DNA of 64,000 bases, taken from contig CAVRBU010000002.1 in assembly GCA_963719315.1 (NCBI GenBank), forward strand, positions 288,001-352,000, written 5' to 3'. This DNA is from an uncultured Planctomycetota bacterium. GTDB lineage: Bacteria > Planctomycetota > Planctomycetia > Pirellulales > Lacipirellulaceae. Each line of letters starts with the position of its first letter. The first letter of the stretch is position 1. Under the pieces are notes generated by a model, which was not told the origin of the DNA, did not search any database, and worked only from the letters and a program-made list of their open reading frames with translations. Below, piece by piece: positions 20,536 through 30,590 of the stretch. The translations under genes and the position numbers were made by a program.

Positions 20536-20796
20536 TCATTCACCAAATAGCCGGGACGGTTGCAGCGTTGCTGTATGCAGAGCCACCGGATGGATCGAGG
20601 CGTCGCCACGGTAGACCGACTCTTCTTGGTACTTGCGGCCGCTCGGCTTTCGATAAACCTCGACTTGTTCATCGATGAGATTCACGATCCAGTAGTCCGC
20701 GATACCGGCAAGTGCATAGACTGGCAACTTCACTTCGCGATCGCTTCGACGCTCTCTGACGGTGCCCGCGCAATGTTCGCAACTGAAATCGTACAT
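20536..20796 (-). pseudogene. In-frame chimera: YgiT-type Zn-finger N-terminus fused to a Uma2 C-terminus
   Basis: MYDFSCEHCAGTVRERR-SDRE-VKLPVYALAGIADYWIVNLIDEQVEVY; the C-terminal half closely parallels the adjacent Uma2 protein. Confidence 0.7.
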
Positions 20797-20817
20797 GGCG
20801 TATTAAGCTGCGGCTGC

Positions 20818-21375
20818 TTAGTCGAACAGTTGGGAGGGTTGAATTGTCGCGCCAGAATGTGCGAGCGGGCTGATCCTCGCATCGCCGCTGTAGACGGCCT
20901 TATCCTGGTAATCTCGACCAACTGGATTGTGGTACACTTCGATTTGTTCATCGATGAGATTCACGATCCAGTAATCGGAAATTCCAGCCTCGGCGTAAAC
21001 TGCAACTTTATACCCCCGGTCGTCGTCCAGCGAGCTATCTGCCACTTCGATCAATAGCCGAGTCTCACCCGGTTCGGGATTTCGGCTCGAAAAGTCCTTT
21101 TGGTCAACCCACACAATATCCGGTTCTGGTTCGCTTTCGTTATGCGGAAGTCGGATCGGGCTCTGAACGCGAACTCGGATACGCTGATTTACTAAGGCGG
21201 CATGACTCCATTCAGTCAACCGATTGACCATTTCGGAATGTCGCGTTCCGATGGGGGTCATCTCGACGATTTCTCCACGGATGAGTTCAATGCGTTTTCG
21301 AAAAGGACCTGAGAAGGCCCCGACTTCGACCATGTGCTCGTATTCGGCGAGCGAGAAATGGGCAACAGTGCTCAT
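20818..21375 (-). CDS. Uma2-family (DUF820) endonuclease, intact
   Basis: FSLAEYEHM, RIELIRGEIVEMTPIG..H, SEPEPDIV, LIEVADSSL.DDRGYK..VYAEAGISDYWIVNL. Confidence 0.92.
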   Translation of the reverse strand: MSTVAHFSLAEYEHMVEVGAFSGPFRKRIELIRGEIVEMTPIGTRHSEMVNRLTEWSHAALVNQRIRVRVQSPIRLPHNESEPEPDIVWVDQKDFSSRNPEPGETRLLIEVADSSLDDDRGYKVAVYAEAGISDYWIVNLIDEQIEVYHNPVGRDYQDKAVYSGDARISPLAHSGATIQPSQLFD

Positions 21376-21445
21376 GGTATCCGACCCTCTGTTTGGGGCA
21401 AAGCAGCAGCGTATTTGCTCGACACATAAATTGTAACATCGGGGA

Positions 21446-21517
21446 GGCGCAATAAAAAACCCGGCGGTGAGGAGGCTAGCCCTCACGCCGGGTTTCTCGA
21501 TATCAATCTGGTAAGCT
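21446..21517 (-). terminator. 16S trailer: 3' strand of the processing stem plus intrinsic terminator (copy A of the repeat)
   Basis: Minus strand CTTACCAGATTG-ATATCGAG-AAACCCGGCGTGAGGGCTAGCCTCCTCACCGCCGGG-TTTTTTATT, about 150 nt after the 16S 3' end. CTTACCAGATTG can pair with leader CAATTTGGTAAG (23465-23476). Confidence 0.85.
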
Positions 21518-21656
21518 AAAGCCGAACTCGCGTTCGGCGATCCAACATCTGTCGGTTCAAGACTCCCCACATAGCTGCTGTGCCGGCGATCTGTAAGATC
21601 GCGGCTATTGCGGCATATCTCCGAAGAGACGAGCAACAATGAGCAGCTAAGGAATA

Positions 21657-23243
<1,587 letters not shown>

Positions 23244-23474
23244 GGTATATACATTAACCCATGAACTGAACTCCCAACATCGCCTTGCGGCAATGCACGT
23301 GAGTCAACTCGCAGGTAAACGAGCCATTTGAATAAAGCTTGAATAGCTACTTCAAATTCCAAGAGGGGCGCCATCAGCGGCCGACCAACCGAAGTTGACC
23401 GTCGTTCACGGACGCTCCTCAGCCAGACTAGTACAGTCTTGGCCGACAAAAAAATTGGAGGTCACTTACCAAAT

Positions 23475-23486
23475 TGTCAAAGAGCA
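23475..23486 (-). promoter_or_regulatory. rRNA leader boxA antitermination site
   Basis: TGCTCTTTGACA on the minus strand (consensus TGCTCTTTAACA). Confidence 0.8.
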
Positions 23487-23595
23487 AGCTAGCTATTCTA
23501 GGCCTATCCCAATGTTGGACAAGGCCCAGAACAAAAAATCCCACCCGGGAAGCACCCGTAAACTCGGGTCCGCTTCCCGACTGAGACCAGGACCA

Positions 23596-23623
23596 ATTTT
23601 ACGCATCTGAGGCCCACTGTCAA
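23596..23623 (-). promoter_or_regulatory. Sigma70 promoter of the 16S gene
   Basis: TTGACA-16 nt-TAAAAT on the minus strand, upstream of boxA; a 16-bp spacer is typical of rRNA promoters. Confidence 0.8.
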
Positions 23624-23717
23624 CTGCCTCTGCGAACTAAATCCGGAGAGATTTCCATCCGCGAAGGCCATCCTAAATCGCGCTATCGAACCAGCTTAAC
23701 AATGGCGTGCCAGTCGG

Positions 23718-24449
23718 CTATGGCCAGTTGTATCGAAAGATGCACCACACGGCCCAAACGCCGTCTTTCCAGCCGATTTTCTTCCCATCCCGGTTCGAGC
23801 GGCGACGATAGGTAATGCCCACTTCTTGAATCCGCAGTGGCCGCCCATTGAGACGAAACCGTGCAATTTTTGCGGTGACCTCCGGTTCGAAGCCGAATCG
23901 GTTTTCTTGTAGCGGAATGTTCTGAATGACTTCCCGGCGAAAAACCTTGTAGCATGTCTCCATATCGGTCACGTTCAAGTTCGTGCATAGATTCGACAAC
24001 GAAGTGAGAAATCGATTTCCGAGCGCGTGCCAGGATTTCGGCTCGGGCGGTGATTCGGTGTTGCTAAATCGCGACCCAAAAACGATATCGGCCTGGTCTT
24101 CCAACAGCGGTTGAAGGAGCTTTGGGAACTCGCCAGGATCATATTCGAGGTCGGCGTCTTGAACGACGACGAAGCGACCCGTGGCCGCTGCGAAACCGGT
24201 TCGCACAGCGGCCCCTTTGCCCCGATTGCAATCGTGATAAAAGACGCGTAGCCGGTGATCCTCTTCGGCAAGCTGCCTGAGCCGGTCGCGCGTTCCATCG
24301 GTCGAGCAGTCGTCGACGGCGATGATTTCCGTGTCGATGTCAACGTCTCGGACTGCCGCTATGACGCGGTCAATCGTTCGGCACTCGTTAAACACTGGGA
24401 TCACGACCGAGAGGAGCGGCTCCGCTTTCGGCCCGGTGGGTAGTGCCAT
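23718..24449 (-). CDS. Glycosyltransferase family 2 (DPM1-like)
   Basis: SVVIPVFNE, VDDCSTDGT, NRGKGAA, QDADLEYDP, DMETCYK, FGFEPEVT, GKKIGWKDG. Confidence 0.92.
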   Translation of the reverse strand: MALPTGPKAEPLLSVVIPVFNECRTIDRVIAAVRDVDIDTEIIAVDDCSTDGTRDRLRQLAEEDHRLRVFYHDCNRGKGAAVRTGFAAATGRFVVVQDADLEYDPGEFPKLLQPLLEDQADIVFGSRFSNTESPPEPKSWHALGNRFLTSLSNLCTNLNVTDMETCYKVFRREVIQNIPLQENRFGFEPEVTAKIARFRLNGRPLRIQEVGITYRRRSNRDGKKIGWKDGVWAVWCIFRYNWP

Positions 24450-24850
24450 AATTTCAGTTTAACATGCAATCTGGACTCAATCTGGGAGGTCGAGCGCCCA
24501 GGTCTTACTGCCGCCTGAATAGCCGAGATGGCTAGCATCCTGCGGTCTGCGGAATCCGCCCAAAGTTGAGAAACAGCCGTTATTGTGTGGAATTCCGGGC
24601 TGGACCGCGTTGTCGCGGGGACTGTGGCACAATCCAAAATCTCCCGTTTGTCGTCACGAATAGGCCCCTGACCATAGTAAAGCAAGCCCACTCAAGAATC
24701 TTGGCAAAAAATGATTGTAATTTCTGACTTAGCGCGTTATCTTCTCAGGCTCTCGGCGGGAAGGATCGCGGCTGGGTGTGCTCGTACGCCGAGTCGCTGA
24801 GGTTGTTGGGGTTCGAGTATCACCATTCTAAATGTTGCGGAGGATGTCTA

Positions 24851-25717
24851 ATGAAAGGTACGTCGTGCTTGCCAAGAGCAAGAGTGTGGGCCGTTGTCTT
24901 GGCGTCCTGGGCCTCTTGCGGACAGTTTGTCTATGTCGCCTACGCGGGGGCGATAAACGAATCGATCGATGTAAGTAAGCTCGGTGTTCAATCCAATTTC
25001 GCATGCGGCGGCCAATTCGCATGCGGGGCGGTCTCCACAATCAACTCTTTCATCTACCTGGAGAAACAGTTCCCCGCAATCTACGACAACAAGTTGACGC
25101 CAAATTATGACGCTACTACCAACACCGATATGATGGATGCAAACAAATTCGGTTTCACCGGTTGGCAAGTCGGTACGAATCCGATGCGGCAGGGTTATTA
25201 TGCCCGCCCGGGCGGCGCCGAATCTGATTTCTTGCAAACCAAAAAAGACTGGATTAACGATTACGCGCCCGGCACGACCGTATTCGATTCCTGGTGGGTT
25301 GGCTCACCGGACCACAACCGGAAACCGACCATCGCCGACCTTGCGGGCGAAATTCACGACAAGGAAGACGTGGAATTCTTCGTGCAAGGCGACAATTTTT
25401 TCCACGTTCTTCAGCTTTCGGGAGTCATGTGCGATGCTCAAATGAATTGCAGCATCAAGTATCAAGACCCTAATGATCCTGCCCAGGCCAATCCAAACCA
25501 GAAGATGGCCAAGATCTATATGGCTCAAATCACGGACATGAACGGCATGCTGACTTTTACCGGGGTACCCGGTTCGGGCTACGCCGGAATGGTGACGATC
25601 ACGGCTGCGTTCGCCGAATCGCCTGACCCTCGGTTGATTCCGGAACCCGACGCATTCGTACTGATGCTCTCTGGAGCATTCGGGCTGTTTTTCAGCCGCC
25701 GGCGGCCGGTGCGATAG
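24851..25717 (+). CDS. PEP-CTERM protein with putative C39/papain-like Cys-His-Asp domain
   Basis: GGAGG RBS, signal peptide, Q...CGAVSTINSFIYL, FFHVL, IKYQDPN, IPEPDA-TM-RRRPVR. Confidence 0.7.
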   Translation: MKGTSCLPRARVWAVVLASWASCGQFVYVAYAGAINESIDVSKLGVQSNFACGGQFACGAVSTINSFIYLEKQFPAIYDNKLTPNYDATTNTDMMDANKFGFTGWQVGTNPMRQGYYARPGGAESDFLQTKKDWINDYAPGTTVFDSWWVGSPDHNRKPTIADLAGEIHDKEDVEFFVQGDNFFHVLQLSGVMCDAQMNCSIKYQDPNDPAQANPNQKMAKIYMAQITDMNGMLTFTGVPGSGYAGMVTITAAFAESPDPRLIPEPDAFVLMLSGAFGLFFSRRRPVR

Positions 25718-25869
25718 CCCAAAAAACCACGGTTCGCTAGATTAGCGACTACGATGGCTCCTATCCGCATTGACCGCGGGTAAGAGCCGTTTTTTTTGTA
25801 GATGACTATCGCGCAAGTCAAAGCTAATATGGGGATAAACTTGTCCTTGATACCGGGGGTAGCATCGCC

Positions 25870-26295
25870 ATGGCTTGTCGCGGCGTACGTGGGGCGACGA
25901 CCGTCCCACAGAATTCGCGGGACGAAATCCTCACCGCGACACGGCAGCTTATTGCGCTGATGGTCCGACGCAACGGGATTGACCCGCGCAACGTTGCTGG
26001 CGCAATTTTCACGACGACCCCGGACCTGGACGCGGAGTTTCCTGCCCTTGCCGCCCGGCAGCTTGGTTGGCTTGAGGTGCCGTTGTTGTGTGGTCACGAA
26101 ATGACGATTCCGGGCTCCCTCCCTCGCTGCATTCGAGTGCTCGTGCATTGGAATACCGATCTGCCGCAGGCCTCAATTCGGCACGTTTACGTCCGCGATG
26201 CGGTCAAGCTGCGGCCGGACCTATGTAAGTTGCCGCCGGTGAATTTGGAGGAGCTCGAAGCCTGGATCCGCGGGCAGATGGGCGAACAACCATAA
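25870..26295 (+). CDS. aroH: Chorismate mutase, AroH type
   Basis: [41 protein letters not shown]...LRPDL. Confidence 0.93.
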   Translation: MACRGVRGATTVPQNSRDEILTATRQLIALMVRRNGIDPRNVAGAIFTTTPDLDAEFPALAARQLGWLEVPLLCGHEMTIPGSLPRCIRVLVHWNTDLPQASIRHVYVRDAVKLRPDLCKLPPVNLEELEAWIRGQMGEQP

Positions 26296-26465
26296 GTTCC
26301 GCAGACCAAGCCGACGTGGTCAAAGCCGGCGGGTTGGGTATAGTTATTTACTGAAAAATCGTACGAAAGGGGAACCCGAATTCCCGTGTCGGGTTATGAT
26401 GATGTTGTCTCGCTCCCCGTGGGTCACAGCGCGACGAGCATTCGGTCTCATTTTCGGAACTCAAG

Positions 26466-27893
26466 ATGGAACAGAGATATTGGGCCCAGGGGCTCGTGTC
26501 GTTTATCGTCGCGGCATTTGCCCAGGCAAATGTTGGGTTTGCGGCCCCGCCGCAAGTTCCCAGCCTGCCATCGCAGACGGCAGGCTACGTCAAATACGCG
26601 ATCGACGACCTTCCAAATCACTACGAGAACGCCCCGGTCACGGCCACGAACAATACGCCGTCCGACAACCCACTCTCCAACGCCGGGGCGACGCTCGGGC
26701 GTGTCCTCTTCTACGACAAACGACTTTCGCACTCAGGCGGCGTGGCTTGCGCATCGTGCCACCGCCAATCCAACGGTTTTTCCGATCCGAATCAATTCAG
26801 CCAAGGCGTCGCCGGCCAGACGGCGCGCCATTCGATGGGGTTATCAAATTCAACGTACTATGCAGACGGCAAAGCGTTCTGGGACGAGCGGGCCGCATCG
26901 CTTGAAGACCAGGCGCTTGTGCCGATTCAGAATTCCGTCGAAATGGGCTCGACTCTCAATGAGGTCGTGACGAAGCTCAGTCAGACCACGTTTTATCCAA
27001 CTCTTTTCCAAGCCGCTTTCGGCACGCCGGATGTGACTTCCGATCGCATCGGCAAGGCGATCGCTCAGTTCGAGCGTTCGATGGTAACCTATAAATCCAA
27101 GTACGACGATTTTCTGGCGGGACAGCAACAACTGACTTCAGATGAAGCCGCAGGGCGGAATTTGTTCAACGGTGGAGCGCAATGCAGTGCCTGCCATACC
27201 ACGGACGCTCACGTGAGCAACGGTATCCACAACATCGGTCTCGATGTGACGAATACCGATGTGGGCGCCGGCGACGGACAATTCAAATCGCCGTCGTTGC
27301 GGAACGTAGAGGTTCGCGGCAAGTTCATGCACGACGGGCGGTTTTCGTCGCTCGAAGAGGTGATTCAGTTTTATAGCACGGGGGTGCAGGCCAATCCGAA
27401 TTTGGACCCGATTCTGCTAACCCCGCAACAAACGCCGCAACGGCTAAATCTATCGCAGCTACAGATCAACCAGCTGGTGGCCTTCTTGAGCACGCTTACG
27501 GATAACACTTTTTTGACTAGCTCGCTGTTTTCGGATCCCTTCGTGACATTACCTGGAGATTATACGGGCGATGGCGTCGTGAATTCGGCCGACTACGATC
27601 TTTGGCGGGCCAATTATGGTGATACCACACTTCTCACGGCCGATGGTAATGACGATCAACTGGTTGACGCCGCAGACTACGTAGTCTGGCAGCAAAACCT
27701 CGGCAGGACCTGGCAGGACCTGGCCTACGGAACCGGTGGCGGCTTGGCCAATACATCGGTCCCGGAACCGACCGGAGTCGCGTTGGCCGCTATGGCGCTT
27801 GTTTGGGGAATGGTTCTCCGAGCACGTCGAGTGGCGTCGCGCATCGTCGCGCCGCGGAATGATTCACAGCGATCTTCGCCGCATAGTGCCTAA
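26466..27893 (+). CDS. Di-heme cytochrome c peroxidase/MauG-family protein with dockerin-like repeat and PEP-CTERM
   Basis: LGRVLFYDKRLS, CASCH, FWDERA, CSACH, FKSPSLRN, FMHDG; GDYTGDGVVNSADYDLWR and ADGNDDQLVDAADYVVW; VPEPTG-TM-RARR. Confidence 0.9.
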   Translation: MEQRYWAQGLVSFIVAAFAQANVGFAAPPQVPSLPSQTAGYVKYAIDDLPNHYENAPVTATNNTPSDNPLSNAGATLGRVLFYDKRLSHSGGVACASCHRQSNGFSDPNQFSQGVAGQTARHSMGLSNSTYYADGKAFWDERAASLEDQALVPIQNSVEMGSTLNEVVTKLSQTTFYPTLFQAAFGTPDVTSDRIGKAIAQFERSMVTYKSKYDDFLAGQQQLTSDEAAGRNLFNGGAQCSACHTTDAHVSNGIHNIGLDVTNTDVGAGDGQFKSPSLRNVEVRGKFMHDGRFSSLEEVIQFYSTGVQANPNLDPILLTPQQTPQRLNLSQLQINQLVAFLSTLTDNTFLTSSLFSDPFVTLPGDYTGDGVVNSADYDLWRANYGDTTLLTADGNDDQLVDAADYVVWQQNLGRTWQDLAYGTGGGLANTSVPEPTGVALAAMALVWGMVLRARRVASRIVAPRNDSQRSSPHSA

Positions 27894-28623
27894 GTGAGAA
27901 TCATCTTACAACTAGCGACAACTAGCACTGCGGCGAGCAAGTATCTTAAAACAGCAGGCGCAAGTGTCGGCTGCCCAGTTCCGAGCCGATGATTCCGCCG
28001 CAGACCGCGGCAATCACCAGATACGAGAGTTGCTCCGGAAGGTGATTTACGCTCGCCAAGTTTCCCGCTAGTCCGGCGATGGAATTGATCAGGACGAATG
28101 CGGCGGAGACGCCCGCGCACTCGCGCACCTCGGCCCAGTGAGCGAGCAGTAGCAGCGGCGAAAGGAATATTCCGCCGCCTGTCCCGGTCAATCCCGACAA
28201 CAGGCCGATTGCGGCGCCAGCGGTCAGAGCGACGAGGATGGGCGCGCGCATAGTTTTCGGTTGGTCCCGTTTCATTGCGGACAAAAAAAGCCGTACAGCG
28301 GCAAACATCAAGATGGCTCCCACAGCAGCCCGGTAATAATGGTTCGGGAGATGAACCGCCCCGCCGAGGAATGAAAACGGGATCGAAGTAACGGCAAACG
28401 GCCAGAAGATACGCCACGAAAAGCAGCCGGCCCGGGCAAAGCGTATGGTCGCAATCGTTCCGACGGCGACATTTAACAGTAGCGCCGTCGGTTTCATTTC
28501 ATCGGTCGGCACGTTCAAAAAGGCCATCGCCGCCAGATAACCGGATGCTCCGGCATGTCCAACCGACGAATAAAGGATTGCCGTTACGAATATCAATCCG
28601 GCCAGCGTAAAAGTTTGGTCCAT
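27890..28623 (-). CDS. TauE/SafE sulfite-exporter-family membrane protein (frameshift near 27960)
   Basis: YSSVGHAGASGY, GLLSGLTGTGGGIFLSP; the last TM (APAVLRYLLAAVLVVAS) is in another frame. Confidence 0.87.
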
Positions 28624-28717
28624 CAGAACATTTTATCTGACGACGGCATCAATCGTGAGTGCCGGGCACAAGATCGCGCCGCAGCAACTAGGTGATATCG
28701 CGTCGCCACCACCAACC

Positions 28718-28799
28718 GTAGGGTGGGTCGAGGAACGAGACCCACCATCCAATTGGCGGCCTACACTTCGGCGGGTCTCGCAGACTCGACCCACCCTTC
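28718..28799. repeat. GTAG-type REP doublet (BIME-like)
   Basis: GTAGGGTGGGTCGAGGAACGAGACCCACC ... GGCGGGTCTCGCAGACTCGACCCACCCT, an inverted pair of imperfect palindromes. Confidence 0.7.
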
Positions 28800-28815
28800 A
28801 CTCTACAATGACTTC

Positions 28816-29521
28816 ATGCCCGCCTATTGCCGTCCCGCTGCCTATGATGCGTTCGCCGTCGAGATTCCACGACTCGATACGACCACCGGACTCTTTCGCG
28901 CCGCATTCGCGATCGCGCGGCACGAACTACCTGAGGCCGATTTTTGGAGGCGCGGAAGCAATGGTCGCCGAACTCGGCGAAACCGTGCGTCGTCGCGTTC
29001 ATTCGGACAGCGTCGAGGCCCGGCTCGCGCATTTGCACGACGTCATGTTCGACGTAGTCGGCTTCAGCGGCAACGTCGAGGATTACTACAACCCGGCCAA
29101 CAGTTACTTGCCGGAGGTACTCCGCACGCACCGTGGGCTACCCATCACACTGGTGCTCATATACAAGTGCGTGGCAGAACAGGTCGGCCTCGTCGTTCGG
29201 GGCATCAATTCGCCGGGGCATTTTTTGGCCGCCGTTCGAAACGGCGAGTCGCTATACGATCCATCAAAACGCGATGCCTGGATGTACGTCGATCCTTTTT
29301 TTGGCGGCGAGCTGCTTGACGGCAGCGATGTTTGCCGCCGAATCGCGGAAACGACGGGCGCAGCGCCGGCCGACTCCTCGCCGTGGCTCGTCCCCGCGAC
29401 ACACTGGCAATGGCTCGGCCGGATACTCAACAATTTGCAGGCCGTTTTCGCCCACACTGGCCGCGAGCGCGATCTTTACGCCATGCAGGAATTGCAGGAA
29501 CTGTTGGCGCCCATTCGTTAA
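28816..29521 (+). CDS. SirB1/Transglut_core2-family protein (frameshift near 28945)
   Basis: GFSGNVEDYYNPANSYLPEVL...GLPITL, GINSPGHFL, YVDPFFGG, RILNNL. Confidence 0.82.
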
Positions 29522-29529
29522 GCGGAGTC

Positions 29530-30387
29530 TTATCGCCGACGCCAAAGACCGATGGCACTCAAGCAGACCGCAATCAGCATGATCGTCGCCGGTTCGGGGA
29601 TTTGAAATGCAATGGCATCGAGTGAGTCGACAGAGGCACCGATATCGGTGACCACTCCTGCCGCATCAATTGTCACCAAATGTGTCGGGGGCGGCGAACC
29701 TGGACCGACATTCAATCCGTATAAAACGCTACCATCGAAGTCCAGTGCGCCGTAACCACCGCCGCCCGCAGGTCTCGCAGGGGCAGCGATGTTGGTGTAC
29801 GCGCCCGTTCCCGAGTCGTACGTCCCGAAACGGGTCGCAGATGGAGTACCGTAAAAGACACCCCCCGAGCTAATCGCAAGTCCGCCGCCGGTGGTCGAAG
29901 TTGTTACACCGTTGGCACCGACCAGCGTCGCTTGAGCTGTGGCCAGACTAATCGAATAAAGATTGGGACCGCCAATGGAGGCGACGCCGTACAAATTGCC
30001 GGCCGCATCAAAGCCAATGTCAGCCATCGTGGCGGGCTTTCCAGATGCATTGACTGGCCCCGCGTTGAACAGGCCGATCACATTTACCGACGCCGTGGCT
30101 GGGTTAATGGTCACAAGCAGGCCTTCCGTACCTGCCTGACTATTGCCTGTCGAACCGTAGAGCACGCCGGTCGTTGGATGAAACGCCAACCCGGTGATCG
30201 GATAATTGAGGCCGGTCACGTCGTTGAGCGGACCGACATCCTGAATCATCGCTCCCGTGGCTGGATTGAGAATATACAACTCACCAGCGGCACCAGCCGC
30301 ACTCGATGCGTATAGAGTGCCAGCGTCGGAGCGCGCGGCGACAAATGTCACGCACAAAGCGATCAACCACAGTTTGCACGACTTCAT
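29530..30387 (-). CDS. PEP-CTERM beta-propeller-like surface protein
   Basis: Signal peptide; repeated LY.I.PATG and GLAF...GVLYG blades; IPEPAT-TM-RRR. Confidence 0.82.
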   Translation of the reverse strand: MKSCKLWLIALCVTFVAARSDAGTLYASSAAGAAGELYILNPATGAMIQDVGPLNDVTGLNYPITGLAFHPTTGVLYGSTGNSQAGTEGLLVTINPATASVNVIGLFNAGPVNASGKPATMADIGFDAAGNLYGVASIGGPNLYSISLATAQATLVGANGVTTSTTGGGLAISSGGVFYGTPSATRFGTYDSGTGAYTNIAAPARPAGGGGYGALDFDGSVLYGLNVGPGSPPPTHLVTIDAAGVVTDIGASVDSLDAIAFQIPEPATIMLIAVCLSAIGLWRRR

Positions 30388-30590
30388 TAGTTCTTCTCCC
30401 AGATAAGCAATTCGAGCCTGAATCGACAATTCGACGACTACAGCTTATTCAATGGATCGCGACTGTCAACGGAATAAATCGGCAATCGTCCGAAATTTGC
30501 GCACGACGAAGAACGTGGTGCGCATGCGGGGCACTTTCGGGCGCTTTTACAGACAATTTGGAACATTTTCGCTAAGATACATTTGAAAAC

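Noticed and set aside
16996..21517. Post-16S repeats as a CRISPR array or integron attC sites
   Set aside because: Only three copies, kilobases apart, no cas or integrase gene and no GTTRRRY/RYYYAAC ends; better explained as rRNA trailer/terminator copies.
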